A stretch of 64,000 bases of DNA. Origin: Rhodopseudomonas palustris. Lineage in GTDB: Bacteria > Pseudomonadota > Alphaproteobacteria > Rhizobiales > Xanthobacteraceae. The position numbers were made by a program, and so were the translations under genes. Positions 32,055-44,099 of this stretch are shown here, piece by piece. The notes under the pieces were generated by a model. That model was given only the letters and a program-made list of their open reading frames with translations. It searched no databases and was not told the origin of the DNA. Where the stretch lies: NCBI GenBank assembly GCA_016215605.1, contig JACRJB010000006.1, forward strand, positions 3,842-67,841, given 5' to 3'. Numbering within the stretch: position 1 is the first letter of the stretch; each line of letters opens with the position of its first letter.

Positions 32055-32159
32055 CCCAGCACCAAAGCGTTAAGCCGGTTTCATCGGGCTGATACAGACC
32101 GCGGCTATCAGGCCGGCATTCGCACACCGCGAATCGTCAGCTTCGAGTCAGCAGCCGCC

Positions 32160-32384
32160 ATGTCCCAAGCCGTCGCGTCCTCCGCCTTCATCATCGAAAT
32201 CCATTCGCGTGCCGCCGGCATCGTCGTCCGTGACGGCCGCGGCTTCCGCTTCCACGCCGCCACCGACGATTTCACCGCCCTCGACGGCCGGGACTTCCGC
32301 TCCGCCGGCGATGCCCACAAGGCCGCCCTGCGCCTGTTCGAAAGCCTGCGCCCCAGCCGCGGCTTGAAGCTCGGGCTGGCATAA
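32160..32384 (+). CDS. Small hypothetical protein
   Basis: 74 aa, FIIEIHSRAAGIVVRDGRGFRFHAA; strong host codon bias. Confidence 0.7.
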   Translation: MSQAVASSAFIIEIHSRAAGIVVRDGRGFRFHAATDDFTALDGRDFRSAGDAHKAALRLFESLRPSRGLKLGLA

Positions 32385-32416
32385 ACGGCCGGCGCTGCGT
32401 CTTCCGCCGATAAAAG

Positions 32417-32534
32417 CCATGGCCGGGACGAGCCCGGCCATCACGGAGGTCAGCGCTCTCCAACAAAGCTCAGCATCTTCTGGCCATGACGGGAGCCTCC
32501 CCCGTCATGGCCGGGCTCGTCCCGGCCATCCACG
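32417..32534. repeat. Family A REP cluster
   Basis: Reverse copy 32417-32445, truncated reverse arm 32482-32491, forward copy 32503-32534. Confidence 0.85.
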
Positions 32535-32705
32535 CCTTTGCCCTTGAGGCCCCGCAATGAGTGCGTCCGGCACAAAGGGGGCCGGTTGGTCGCCGCCGAG
32601 GCAGCCATGCCAAGCCGCAGCCCGGCCGCCCAAAAAGTCGGCTTGCGTGAAAAAATCTTCCACCTATGATGCGTCACATCATTTGATTTGGAAGAATGTT
32701 CTCTC

Positions 32706-33215
32706 ATGTCTGACGTCGAGACCCCCGTCGCCGAGACCAGCCGTCGCCTCGATGCGATTGATCGCAAGATTCTCACGGTCCTCCAACAGGATGCCTCGTT
32801 GTCGGTGGCCGAGATCGGCGACCGGGTCGGGCTGTCGTCGACGCCGTGCTGGAAGCGGATCCAGCGGCTCGAGGCCGACGGCGTCATCACCCGCCGGGTC
32901 GCGCTGGTCGATCAGGACAAGATCGGGCTCGGCCTGTCGGTGTTCGTCTCGATCGAGAGCGGCGACCATTCGGAGGCCTGGCTGAAGACCTTCGCCGACG
33001 CCGTCAGCGCCATGCCGGAAGTGATCGAGTTCTACCGGATGGCCGGCGACGTCGACTACATGCTGCGCGTCGTCGTCGCCGACATGCGCGCCTACGATAT
33101 TTTCTACAAGCGGCTGATCGGCACGGTGGCGCTGAAGAACGTCACCTCGCGGTTCGCGATGGAAAAAATCAAGTCGGTGACTGCGCTGCCGGTACCGCCG
33201 ATGAGTGCCGCCTGA
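32706..33215 (+). CDS. Lrp/AsnC family transcriptional regulator
   Basis: LDAIDRKIL, VGLSSTPCWKRIQRLE, EFYRMAGDVDYML. Confidence 0.93.
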   Translation: MSDVETPVAETSRRLDAIDRKILTVLQQDASLSVAEIGDRVGLSSTPCWKRIQRLEADGVITRRVALVDQDKIGLGLSVFVSIESGDHSEAWLKTFADAVSAMPEVIEFYRMAGDVDYMLRVVVADMRAYDIFYKRLIGTVALKNVTSRFAMEKIKSVTALPVPPMSAA

Positions 33216-33388
33216 TCAGCTGACACGGGTATGATCAGGCAGATGATCGGCTACTGATCAGTGATCTGCTCAATTCATCGGCAGTCCGACGGGAGTCGAG
33301 TAATCAGTTCCAGTTTCCGGGTTTAGCGGAAATTAGGACTAATCGCGGACATTCCCCGTGGTGCTACCAGTCACCAGGGCGGAAACAG

Positions 33389-34468
33389 ATGAATATTTCG
33401 GTCATTCGGAAGACCAGAACTAACGAGCCGGCCGTCGGCGACGAGCAGGCCGATATTTCCGCGCTGGTGGCGCGGCTGACCTCCGAGGTCAACGAGATCG
33501 CCTGCGGCAAGACCCGGTCGATCCAGAAGATCACCGGACAGATGAAGATCCTGGCGCTCAATGCGCTGATCGAGAGCGCACGCGCCGGCAAGCAGGGCGC
33601 GGGTTTCGCCATCGTCGCGCAGGAGGTGCGCAATGTCGGCGCGCAGATCGAGGAGATCGCCCGCGATCTCGAAAGTCAGCTCACCAGGCGCACCGGCGAC
33701 CTGATCAGCTCGATCGGCGACATGACCGAACGGTCGCGCGGCGACCGGCTGGTCGACCTGTCGCTCAACGCCGTCGAACTGATCGACCGCAATCTCTACG
33801 AGCGCACCTGCGACGTGCGCTGGTGGGCGACCGATTCCGCGGTGGTGGATTGCGCCGCGAGCCCCGATGCGGCGTCGGTGTCCTACGCCAGCGAGCGGCT
33901 GGCGGTGATCCTCGGCGCCTACACCGTGTATCTCGATCTGTGGCTGTGCGGCCTCGACGGCACCATCCTGGCCAACGGCCGGCCGGACCGGTTCGGCGTC
34001 GTCGGCAGCAGCGTCGCCGGCTGCGGCTGGTTCAAGGAGGCGCTGCGCCTGCACTCCGGTGACGAATACGTCGCCGGCAATGTCGAGCGGATGCCGCAGC
34101 TCGACAACGCCCAGGTCGCGACCTATTGCGCCAGCGTGCGCAGCGGCGGCCGCAGCAACGGCGCGCCGATCGGCATCTTGGCGATTCATTTCGACTGGGA
34201 GACGCAGGCGAGGGCGATCGTCCAGGGCGTGCGGCTCGATCCGCACGACCGCGCCCGCGTGCTGCTGCTCGACTCGCGCTTCCGCGTGCTCGCCGCGTCC
34301 GACGGCAACGGCCTGCTCGAAGAACGCTTCCCGCTGAAGGTCGGCGGCCAGCGCAGCGGCACCTACCGCGACTCCACGGGCGCGCTGATCGGCTTTCATG
34401 TCACGCCGGGTTACGAGACCTATCAGGGACTCGGCTGGTACGGCGTGATCGTGAGCGCGGCGGAGTAG
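33389..34468 (+). CDS. Soluble chemoreceptor-like protein: short MCP signalling hairpin plus C-terminal Cache-like domain
   Basis: ILALNALIESARAGKQGAGFAIVAQEVR near N-terminus; no TM; IDRNLYERTCDVRWWA. Confidence 0.75.
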   Translation: MNISVIRKTRTNEPAVGDEQADISALVARLTSEVNEIACGKTRSIQKITGQMKILALNALIESARAGKQGAGFAIVAQEVRNVGAQIEEIARDLESQLTRRTGDLISSIGDMTERSRGDRLVDLSLNAVELIDRNLYERTCDVRWWATDSAVVDCAASPDAASVSYASERLAVILGAYTVYLDLWLCGLDGTILANGRPDRFGVVGSSVAGCGWFKEALRLHSGDEYVAGNVERMPQLDNAQVATYCASVRSGGRSNGAPIGILAIHFDWETQARAIVQGVRLDPHDRARVLLLDSRFRVLAASDGNGLLEERFPLKVGGQRSGTYRDSTGALIGFHVTPGYETYQGLGWYGVIVSAAE

Positions 34469-34632
34469 GGCAGGATCCCGGACGATCCGCGCCGGATAGC
34501 GCGGCGCCTTTAAAGCCGCGCCGAACTCGTCGCCGGTTTGTCGCCGCGCCAAATCGATCGGCGGGCGCTCGGAAACTTATTCATTCGACCGCGTTTGGAC
34601 CCGAGATGTCGTCTCGGGAAACGGACCGGTCC

Positions 34633-35289
34633 ATGACGGAACTCAACGAATTTGAACTCTCGCGGCGGAACCTGTTGATGGGGACCGCCGCGACGCTGGC
34701 GCTCGGATCGCAGACGCTGCCGGCCGAGGCGCAGGGATCGTCGGCCGGCGTCAATGCGCCCGCTGCCGGAGCGCCGTCGATCGCCAAGGTGTCGTTCTCG
34801 GTGAACGGCACAGCGCGCGATGTCGCCGTCGACACCCGCACCACGCTGCTCGATGCCTTGCGCGAGCATCTGCATCTCACCGGGACGAAGAAGGGCTGCG
34901 ATCAGGGCCAGTGCGGCGCCTGCACGGTGATCGTCGACGGCCGGCGGATCGCGTCCTGCCTGTCGCTCGCCGTGATGCACGAGGGCGACACGATCACCAC
35001 AATCGAAGGCCTCGGCACACCCGACAACATGCATCCGATGCAGGCCGCGTTCGTCAAGCACGACGGCTATCAGTGCGGCTACTGCACGCCGGGACAGATC
35101 TGCTCGGCGGTGGCGATGCTCGACGAAATCAAGGCGGGCATTCCCAGCCACGTCACCGCGGATCTGCTGGCCGCGCCCCAACTCACCAACGCCGAACTGC
35201 GCGAGCGGATGAGCGGCAACATCTGCCGCTGCGGCGCCTATTCCAACATCGCCGAGGCGATCGCCGAGGTCGCGAGGAGCCCGGCATGA
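34633..35289 (+). CDS. paoA: Aldehyde oxidoreductase 2Fe-2S subunit (Tat signal)
   Basis: [35 protein letters not shown]. Confidence 0.88.
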   Translation: MTELNEFELSRRNLLMGTAATLALGSQTLPAEAQGSSAGVNAPAAGAPSIAKVSFSVNGTARDVAVDTRTTLLDALREHLHLTGTKKGCDQGQCGACTVIVDGRRIASCLSLAVMHEGDTITTIEGLGTPDNMHPMQAAFVKHDGYQCGYCTPGQICSAVAMLDEIKAGIPSHVTADLLAAPQLTNAELRERMSGNICRCGAYSNIAEAIAEVARSPA

Positions 35290-36236
35290 AACCCTTCAGC
35301 TATCAACGCGCCACATCGCCCGCCGAGGCGGCCGCTGCCGCCGCGCGCGTCGAGGGCGCCAAATTCGTCGCCGGCGGCACCAATCTGCTCGATCTGATGA
35401 AGCTGCAGATCGAAACGCCGCAACATCTGATCGACGTCAACGGCATCGGGATGGACAGGATCGAGCCCATCCCGGAGGGCGGGCTGCGGGTCGGCGCGCT
35501 GGTCCGCAACACCGATCTGGCCGCCGATCAGCGCGTGCGCCGCGACTATGCGGTGCTGTCCCGCGCGCTGCTCGCGGGCGCCAATCAGCAATTGCGCAAT
35601 CAGGCCACCACCGCCGGCAACCTGCTCCAGCGCACGCGGTGTCCTTATTTCTACGACACCAACCAGCCCTGCAACAAACGCAAGCCCGGCAGCGGCTGCA
35701 GCGCCATCGGCGGCTACAGCCGGCAGCTCGCGGTGGTCGGCGTCAGCGATGCCTGCATCGCGACCCATCCGAGCGACATGGCGGTGGCGATGCGGGTGCT
35801 GGATGCCGCCGTCGAGACGGTCGGCGCGGACGGCGGGACACGCAGCATTCCGATCGCCGACTTCCATCGCCTGCCCGGCGACACGCCTCAGATCGAGACC
35901 ACGCTGCGCCCCGGCGAACTGATCACCGCGGTGACGCTGCCGAAGCCGGTGGGCGGCACGCATCTCTATCGCAAGGTGCGAGACCGCGCGTCGTTCGCCT
36001 TCGCGCTGATCTCGGTGGCGGCGATCGTGCAGCGCGACGGCAGCGGGCGGGTCGCGCTCGGCGGCGTCGCCCACAAGCCGTGGCGCGTCGAAGCCGCCGA
36101 GCAGGAGCTGCCGCGCGGCGCCAAGGCGGTGGCGTCGAAGCTGCTGGCGAACGCCACGCCCACCGACCACAACGCATACAAGCTGCCACTCGTCGAGCGA
36201 ACGCTGGGCTCCGTGTTGGCCGAAGCGAAAGGCTGA
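35286..36236 (+). CDS. paoB: Aldehyde oxidoreductase FAD subunit
   Basis: [32 protein letters not shown]. Confidence 0.88.
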   Translation: MKPFSYQRATSPAEAAAAAARVEGAKFVAGGTNLLDLMKLQIETPQHLIDVNGIGMDRIEPIPEGGLRVGALVRNTDLAADQRVRRDYAVLSRALLAGANQQLRNQATTAGNLLQRTRCPYFYDTNQPCNKRKPGSGCSAIGGYSRQLAVVGVSDACIATHPSDMAVAMRVLDAAVETVGADGGTRSIPIADFHRLPGDTPQIETTLRPGELITAVTLPKPVGGTHLYRKVRDRASFAFALISVAAIVQRDGSGRVALGGVAHKPWRVEAAEQELPRGAKAVASKLLANATPTDHNAYKLPLVERTLGSVLAEAKG

Positions 36237-36240
36237 GCCG

Positions 36241-38472
36241 ATGAAATTCGATCGCCCCGCCACCACCAATCCGATCGACCAGCTGCGCGTGATCGGCCAG
36301 CCGGTCGATCGCGTCGATGGTCCGCTGAAGACCACCGGCGTCGCCCGCTACGCCTATGAGCACCACGACGCCGCGCCGAATGCCGCCTACGGATACGTCG
36401 TCGGGTCTGCGATCGCCAAAGGGCGGATCGCGTCGATCGATCTCGCCGCCGTCAAGGCGGCGCCGGGCGTGCTCGCGATCGTCACCGCGGAGAACGCCGG
36501 CACGTTCGGCAAGGGCGATCGCAACACCGCCCGGCTGCTCGGCGGGCCGCAGATCGAGCACTATCATCAGGCGGTCGCGCTGGTGGTGGCCGACAGCTTC
36601 GAGCAGGCGCGGGCGGCCGCCGAGCTGCTGCGGGTGAACTACGCGCCCGAGACGGGTGCGTTCGATCTGAACGCCGTCAAGGGCGATGCGAAGCCCGCCA
36701 AGGTGATGTCGGATCCCGGCGACACGGCGGTCGGCGATTTCGCCTCGGCCTTCGCCGCGGCGCCGGTCAAGATCGACGAGACCTACACCACGCCGGACGA
36801 ATCCCACGCGATGATGGAGCCGCACGCCTCGATCGCGGCGTGGGACGGCGACCGGCTGACGCTGTGGACCTCCAACCAGATGATCGCTTGGGGCGTCGGC
36901 GATCTCGCCAAGACCCTGAACATGCCGAAGGACAACATCCGTCTGCTGTCGCCCTATATCGGCGGCGGCTTCGGCAGCAAGCTGTTCCTGCGAACCGATG
37001 CGGTGCTCGCCGCGCTCGGCGCCCGCGCGGCGGGGCGGCCCGTCAAGGTGACGCTGCAGCGCGCGCTGCTGTTCAACAACACCACGCACCGCCCGGCGAC
37101 GATCCAGCGCATTCGGATCGGTGCGGCGAAGGACGGCAAGATCACTGCGATCGGGCACGAAAGCTGGTCCGGCGATCTGCCGGACGGCGATCCGGAGGCT
37201 GCGGTCAGCCAGACCCGGCTGCTCTATGCGGGCCCCAATCGCATGACGGCGACCCGCCTCGCCGTGCTCGATCTGCCCGAAGGCAACGCCATGCGCGCGC
37301 CGGGCGAGGCCTCGGGCATGATGGCGCTGGAAGTCGCGATCGACGAGATCGCCGAGAAGCTCGGGCTCGACCCGGTCGAATTCCGAATTCGCAACGACAC
37401 CCAGACCGTGCCGGACGTCAGCGCCAAGCCCGGGGACAAAGCCGCACCCGCGATGCCGTTTTCGCAGCGCCAGTTGGTCGAATGCTTCCGGACCGGCGCC
37501 GAGAAGTTTGGCTGGAGCAAGCGTAGCGCCCGGCCGGGCGCGGTTCGCGACGGGCGCTGGCTGGTCGGCATGGGCGCCGCCGCGGCGTTCCGCAACAACA
37601 TCCTGACCAAATCGGCCGCGCGCGTCCGGCTGGAGCAGGATGGCAAGGTGGTGGTCGAAACCGACATGACCGACATCGGCACCGGCAGCTACACGATCAT
37701 CGCGCAGACCGCCGCTGAGATGATCGGCGTGCCGCTGCAGCGGGTCTCGGTGCGGCTCGGCGACTCGCGTTTCCCGGTGTCGGCCGGTTCGGGCGGCCAA
37801 TGGGGTGGCAACAACTCCACCGCGGGCGTCTACGCCGCCTGCGTCAAGCTGCGCGACGCGATCGCCGGCAAGATCGGCTTCAACTCGGCCGAGGCCGACT
37901 TCGTCGACGGTTCGGTGCGCGCCGGCAATCGCAGCGTGCCGCTCGCGGACGCGGTGCGCGGCGGCAGCCTGCAGGCCGAGGACGGCATCGAATACGGCGA
38001 CATCAGCAAGAAGGCGCAGCAATCCACCTTCGGGGCGCATTTCGTCGAGGTCGGCGTCGATGCGGCGACCGCCGAGATCCGCGTTCGCCGGATGCTGGCG
38101 GTGTGTGCCGCCGGCCGGATCCTCAATCCGAAGACCGCACGCAGCCAGGTGATCGGCGCGATGACGATGGGCGTGGGTGCGGCCCTGATGGAAGAGCTGG
38201 TGGTCGACGACAAGATCGGTTTCTTCGTCAACCACGATCTCGCCGGCTACGAAGTGCCGGTGCACGCCGACATTCCGCATCAGGACGTGATCTTCCTCGA
38301 CGAGACCGATCCGATGTCGTCGCCGATGAAGGCCAAGGGCGTCGCCGAGCTGGGCATCTGCGGCGTCGCCGGAGCCGTCGCCAACGCCGTCTACAACGCC
38401 ACCGGCATCCGCGTCCGCGACTATCCGGTCACGCTCGAAAAGCTGATCGACCGCATGCCGCCGGTGGGGTGA
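36241..38472 (+). CDS. paoC: Aldehyde oxidoreductase molybdopterin subunit
   Basis: IGGGFGSK, MRAPGE, TDIGTGSYT, GSGGQWG, KGVAELG. Confidence 0.88.
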   Translation: MKFDRPATTNPIDQLRVIGQPVDRVDGPLKTTGVARYAYEHHDAAPNAAYGYVVGSAIAKGRIASIDLAAVKAAPGVLAIVTAENAGTFGKGDRNTARLLGGPQIEHYHQAVALVVADSFEQARAAAELLRVNYAPETGAFDLNAVKGDAKPAKVMSDPGDTAVGDFASAFAAAPVKIDETYTTPDESHAMMEPHASIAAWDGDRLTLWTSNQMIAWGVGDLAKTLNMPKDNIRLLSPYIGGGFGSKLFLRTDAVLAALGARAAGRPVKVTLQRALLFNNTTHRPATIQRIRIGAAKDGKITAIGHESWSGDLPDGDPEAAVSQTRLLYAGPNRMTATRLAVLDLPEGNAMRAPGEASGMMALEVAIDEIAEKLGLDPVEFRIRNDTQTVPDVSAKPGDKAAPAMPFSQRQLVECFRTGAEKFGWSKRSARPGAVRDGRWLVGMGAAAAFRNNILTKSAARVRLEQDGKVVVETDMTDIGTGSYTIIAQTAAEMIGVPLQRVSVRLGDSRFPVSAGSGGQWGGNNSTAGVYAACVKLRDAIAGKIGFNSAEADFVDGSVRAGNRSVPLADAVRGGSLQAEDGIEYGDISKKAQQSTFGAHFVEVGVDAATAEIRVRRMLAVCAAGRILNPKTARSQVIGAMTMGVGAALMEELVVDDKIGFFVNHDLAGYEVPVHADIPHQDVIFLDETDPMSSPMKAKGVAELGICGVAGAVANAVYNATGIRVRDYPVTLEKLIDRMPPVG

Positions 38473-38485
38473 AGCGGACGGGGGA

Positions 38486-41011
<2,526 letters not shown>

Positions 41012-41154
41012 CTAGCCCAAAGTGGCATGCAGCAAGTTATTGAAGAAATGGGATTTTTGAGGAGTTTCGCAAGCCCGGAATCGGCCGATTCGCGGGCCCT
41101 GAATCGAGCGCTTGCGGGCGCCGGTTCCGGCGCCTGCACCTCGCCGGAATCCGC

Positions 41155-42294
41155 TCAGCTCCGCGGCGAACTCCGGCCGGAATCGACGGTGAAAATCTCG
41201 GCGCCGGCGCCGATCTCGGCGAAGGCTGCAGGGTCGGCGCCCGTCATCCAGACCTGGGCGCCGAGCTTCGCCAGTTCGTCGAACAGCGCCGCGCGCCGCG
41301 ACGGGTCGAGATGCGCCACGACTTCGTCGAGCAGCAGCAGCGGCGTGATGCCGGTCATCTCCGAGACCAGCTGCGCATGCGCCAGCACCAGGCCGATCAG
41401 CAGCGCCTTCTGCTCGCCGGTGGAGGCGTCGCGCGCCGGCATCGCCTTCGGCGCGTAGATCACCTCGAGATCGGTCAGATGCGGGCCGTCGAGGGTGCGG
41501 CCGGCGGCGGCGTCGCGCGGCCGGCCCTCGCGCAGGATGGTGCGATAGCGATCCTCGACCGCGGTGGCCGGCTCGGTCAGCAGCGCGCTTTCCATCCAGC
41601 CGTCGAGCATGATCTTGGCCGACGGAAACGCCGAGGCGGCGCCGCGGGCGTCGAGCATCGCGGCCAGCCGCATCGCGGTCTGGCCGCGCATCGCCGCCAC
41701 GGCGACCGCGAGTTCGGCGGTCTCGCGTTCGACCGCATCGAGCCAGTGCGAGTCGGCGTTGCGATAATCCTCGAGCAGGCGGTTGCGTGATCTGAGACTA
41801 CGGTCGAGCGCCGAGACCCGGCCGGAATGCTGGCTGTCGATCGCCAGCACCAGCCGGTCGAAGAACCGCCGCCGTTCCGATGCCGCGCCCATGAACAGCC
41901 CGTCCATCGCCGGCGTCAGCCAAACCATGCGCAGATGATCGCCGAACGCGGTGGCCGAGCCGACCGGCTCGCGGTCGATCCGGCAGCGCCGCGTCGTCGC
42001 GGTCTCGGCGCGCGTCGGATCGATCCCGGTGCCGAGCGTCGCCAGCCCGAGCGCGCCCTCGACCTCGGCCGCCACCGCCCAGGAGCCGTCGCCCTGATTG
42101 TCGGCGACATCGTCGAGCGTGGCGCGCCGCAGCCCGCGCCCCGGCGACAGAAACGAGATCGCCTCCAGGCAATTGGTCTTGCCCGCCCCGTTCGCCCCGA
42201 CCAGCACCACCCGCTCCCCACGCGTCGTCAGCCCCGCCACCCGATAATTGCGGAAATGCGTCAGCGTCAGGCGTGTGATGCGGGAGGCGGTCAT
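41155..42294 (-). CDS. recF: DNA replication/repair protein RecF
   Basis: GANGAGKTN, RRRFFDR, STGEQK, LLLDEV. Confidence 0.95.
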   Translation of the reverse strand: MTASRITRLTLTHFRNYRVAGLTTRGERVVLVGANGAGKTNCLEAISFLSPGRGLRRATLDDVADNQGDGSWAVAAEVEGALGLATLGTGIDPTRAETATTRRCRIDREPVGSATAFGDHLRMVWLTPAMDGLFMGAASERRRFFDRLVLAIDSQHSGRVSALDRSLRSRNRLLEDYRNADSHWLDAVERETAELAVAVAAMRGQTAMRLAAMLDARGAASAFPSAKIMLDGWMESALLTEPATAVEDRYRTILREGRPRDAAAGRTLDGPHLTDLEVIYAPKAMPARDASTGEQKALLIGLVLAHAQLVSEMTGITPLLLLDEVVAHLDPSRRAALFDELAKLGAQVWMTGADPAAFAEIGAGAEIFTVDSGRSSPRS

Positions 42295-42321
42295 GGGGCA
42301 GGAACGTTCGTGTTCTGAAGC

Positions 42322-42688
42322 TGTCATTGCCGGGCTTGACCCGGCAATCCATCGTCCGCGTCAGCGGACAATTTCATCATAGATATCGCGCCATTCCGGA
42401 TTGCCGGCGACGATCAGGTCGACCTTCCACTCGCGAGACCAGTGCTTGATGTTCTTCTCGCGCTGGAGCGCCGCAGTAATCGTGTCGTGGGCTTCGAAGT
42501 AGACCAGAATTTTGATGTGATAGCGCTTGGTGAAGCTTTCCGCGAGCCCTTCGCGGTGCTCGTACACCCGCCGCACGAGGTCATTCGTCACGCCGACATA
42601 TAGCGTGCCACCAGGGGCGCTGGCGAGGATGTAAACCCAATAGGTCATCCGAAGAGGATGGATTGCCGGGTCAAGCCCGGCAATGACG
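42322..42688. mobile_element. Putative REP-flanked GIY-YIG nuclease cassette
   Basis: Perfect 31-bp inverted repeats (42323-42353, 42657-42687) enclosing a single gene, inside dnaN-recF; mobility is inferred. Confidence 0.6.
42361..42648 (-). CDS. GIY-YIG nuclease family protein (95 aa)
   Basis: YWVYIL...LYVGVTNDLVRRVYEH...EKNIKHWSREWK..LI..NPEW; catalytic Tyr/Arg/Glu pattern present. Confidence 0.9.
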   Translation of the reverse strand: MTYWVYILASAPGGTLYVGVTNDLVRRVYEHREGLAESFTKRYHIKILVYFEAHDTITAALQREKNIKHWSREWKVDLIVAGNPEWRDIYDEIVR

Positions 42689-42739
42689 AACTGTGCTCAC
42701 TCGTCGAGGTCCGGTGCGGGAAGATATCCCCGGTATGCC

Positions 42740-43858
42740 TTACACCCGCATCGGCATCAGCACGTACAGGGCGTTCTTCTTGTCGCGGTCCTGGATCAGG
42801 GTCGGCGAGCCGGGGTCGGCGAGTTTCAGCACCGCGACTTCGCCTTCGATCTGGGCGGCGATGTCGAGCAGATAGCGCGAGTTGAAGCCGATATCGAGCG
42901 GGTCGGAGGCGTATTCGACTTCGAGCTCTTCGGTGGCGCTGCCGGAATCCGGATTGGTCACCGACAGCACCAGCTTGCCGGCGCTGAGCGCCAGCTTGAC
43001 GGCGCGGCCGCGCTCGCTGGAGATCGTCGAGACGCGATCGACCGCGGCTTCGAAATCCTTCTTGTCGACCACCAGTTCCTTGTCGTTGTTCTGCGGAATC
43101 ACGCGGCCGTAGTCCGGGAAGGTGCCGTCGATCAGCTTCGAGGTCAGCACCACATTGCCGATGGTGAAGCGGATCTTGCCGGCGGAGAGTTCGAGGCCGA
43201 TCTCGGCGTCGTTGTCCTCGATCAGCCGCTGCACTTCGCCGACGGTCTTGCGCGGCACGATCACGCCCGGCATGCCGGCGGCGCCGGCGGGCTGCGCCAG
43301 ATCGACCTGCGCCAGGCGATGGCCGTCGGTCGCGACCACGCGCAGCTTGCCGTCCTTGGCCGAGCCGGCGGTGTGCAGATAGATGCCGTTGAGATAGTAG
43401 CGGGTCTCTTCGGTCGAGATCGCGAACTGGGTGCGGTCGATCAGCCGCTTCACGTCGGAGGCGGTGAGGCTGAACGAATGTGACATCTCGCCGGCGGCGA
43501 GATCCGGGAAGTCGCTCTCCGGCAGCGTCTGCAGCGTGAAGCGCGAGCGGCCGGCGCGGATCGCCAGCACCGAGCGGTCGCCGTCGCTTTCCAGCACGAT
43601 CTGCGAGCCGTCCGGCAGCTTGCGGACGATGTCGTAGAACATGTGCGCCGGCACCGTGGTCGAGCCCGCGGTCGCGGTCTCGGCCGGCAGCGTCTCGGTG
43701 ACTTCGAGGTCGAGGTCGGTCGCCTTCAGCGACAGCTGGGCGTTTTCGGCGCGCACCAGCACGTTGCCGAGGATCGGGATGGTGTTGCGGCGCTCGACCA
43801 CGCGGTGGACGTGGCCCAGCGACTTCAGAAGTTGCGCGCGTTCGACCGTGACCTTCAT
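42740..43858 (-). CDS. dnaN: DNA polymerase III beta clamp
   Basis: RRNTIPIL, ATDLD, STEETRYYLNG, ATDGHRL, GTFPDY, LMPMRV. Confidence 0.97.
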   Translation of the reverse strand: MKVTVERAQLLKSLGHVHRVVERRNTIPILGNVLVRAENAQLSLKATDLDLEVTETLPAETATAGSTTVPAHMFYDIVRKLPDGSQIVLESDGDRSVLAIRAGRSRFTLQTLPESDFPDLAAGEMSHSFSLTASDVKRLIDRTQFAISTEETRYYLNGIYLHTAGSAKDGKLRVVATDGHRLAQVDLAQPAGAAGMPGVIVPRKTVGEVQRLIEDNDAEIGLELSAGKIRFTIGNVVLTSKLIDGTFPDYGRVIPQNNDKELVVDKKDFEAAVDRVSTISSERGRAVKLALSAGKLVLSVTNPDSGSATEELEVEYASDPLDIGFNSRYLLDIAAQIEGEVAVLKLADPGSPTLIQDRDKKNALYVLMPMRV

Positions 43859-44099
43859 TGTAAAACCCGCCTGATCCGCACCCGCATCGTGTGATGGAGT
43901 CGCCGGAGGTACTGGAGAAGCCGGGCGGCCCGAAACGGCGCCACGGCGATGGGGACCCTGCGGGTGTCGCCCGAACCCGCGGGGGGTCCGCAGGGTGGCG
44001 TGGTTACGCGGCGGACGCAAGGGTGCGTCGCGCCGATGCTGCGGAATTTCCCCGAGATTCGGCCCGAGACGGCCGGCGGCGCCGCGCGATGGCGCCGCG

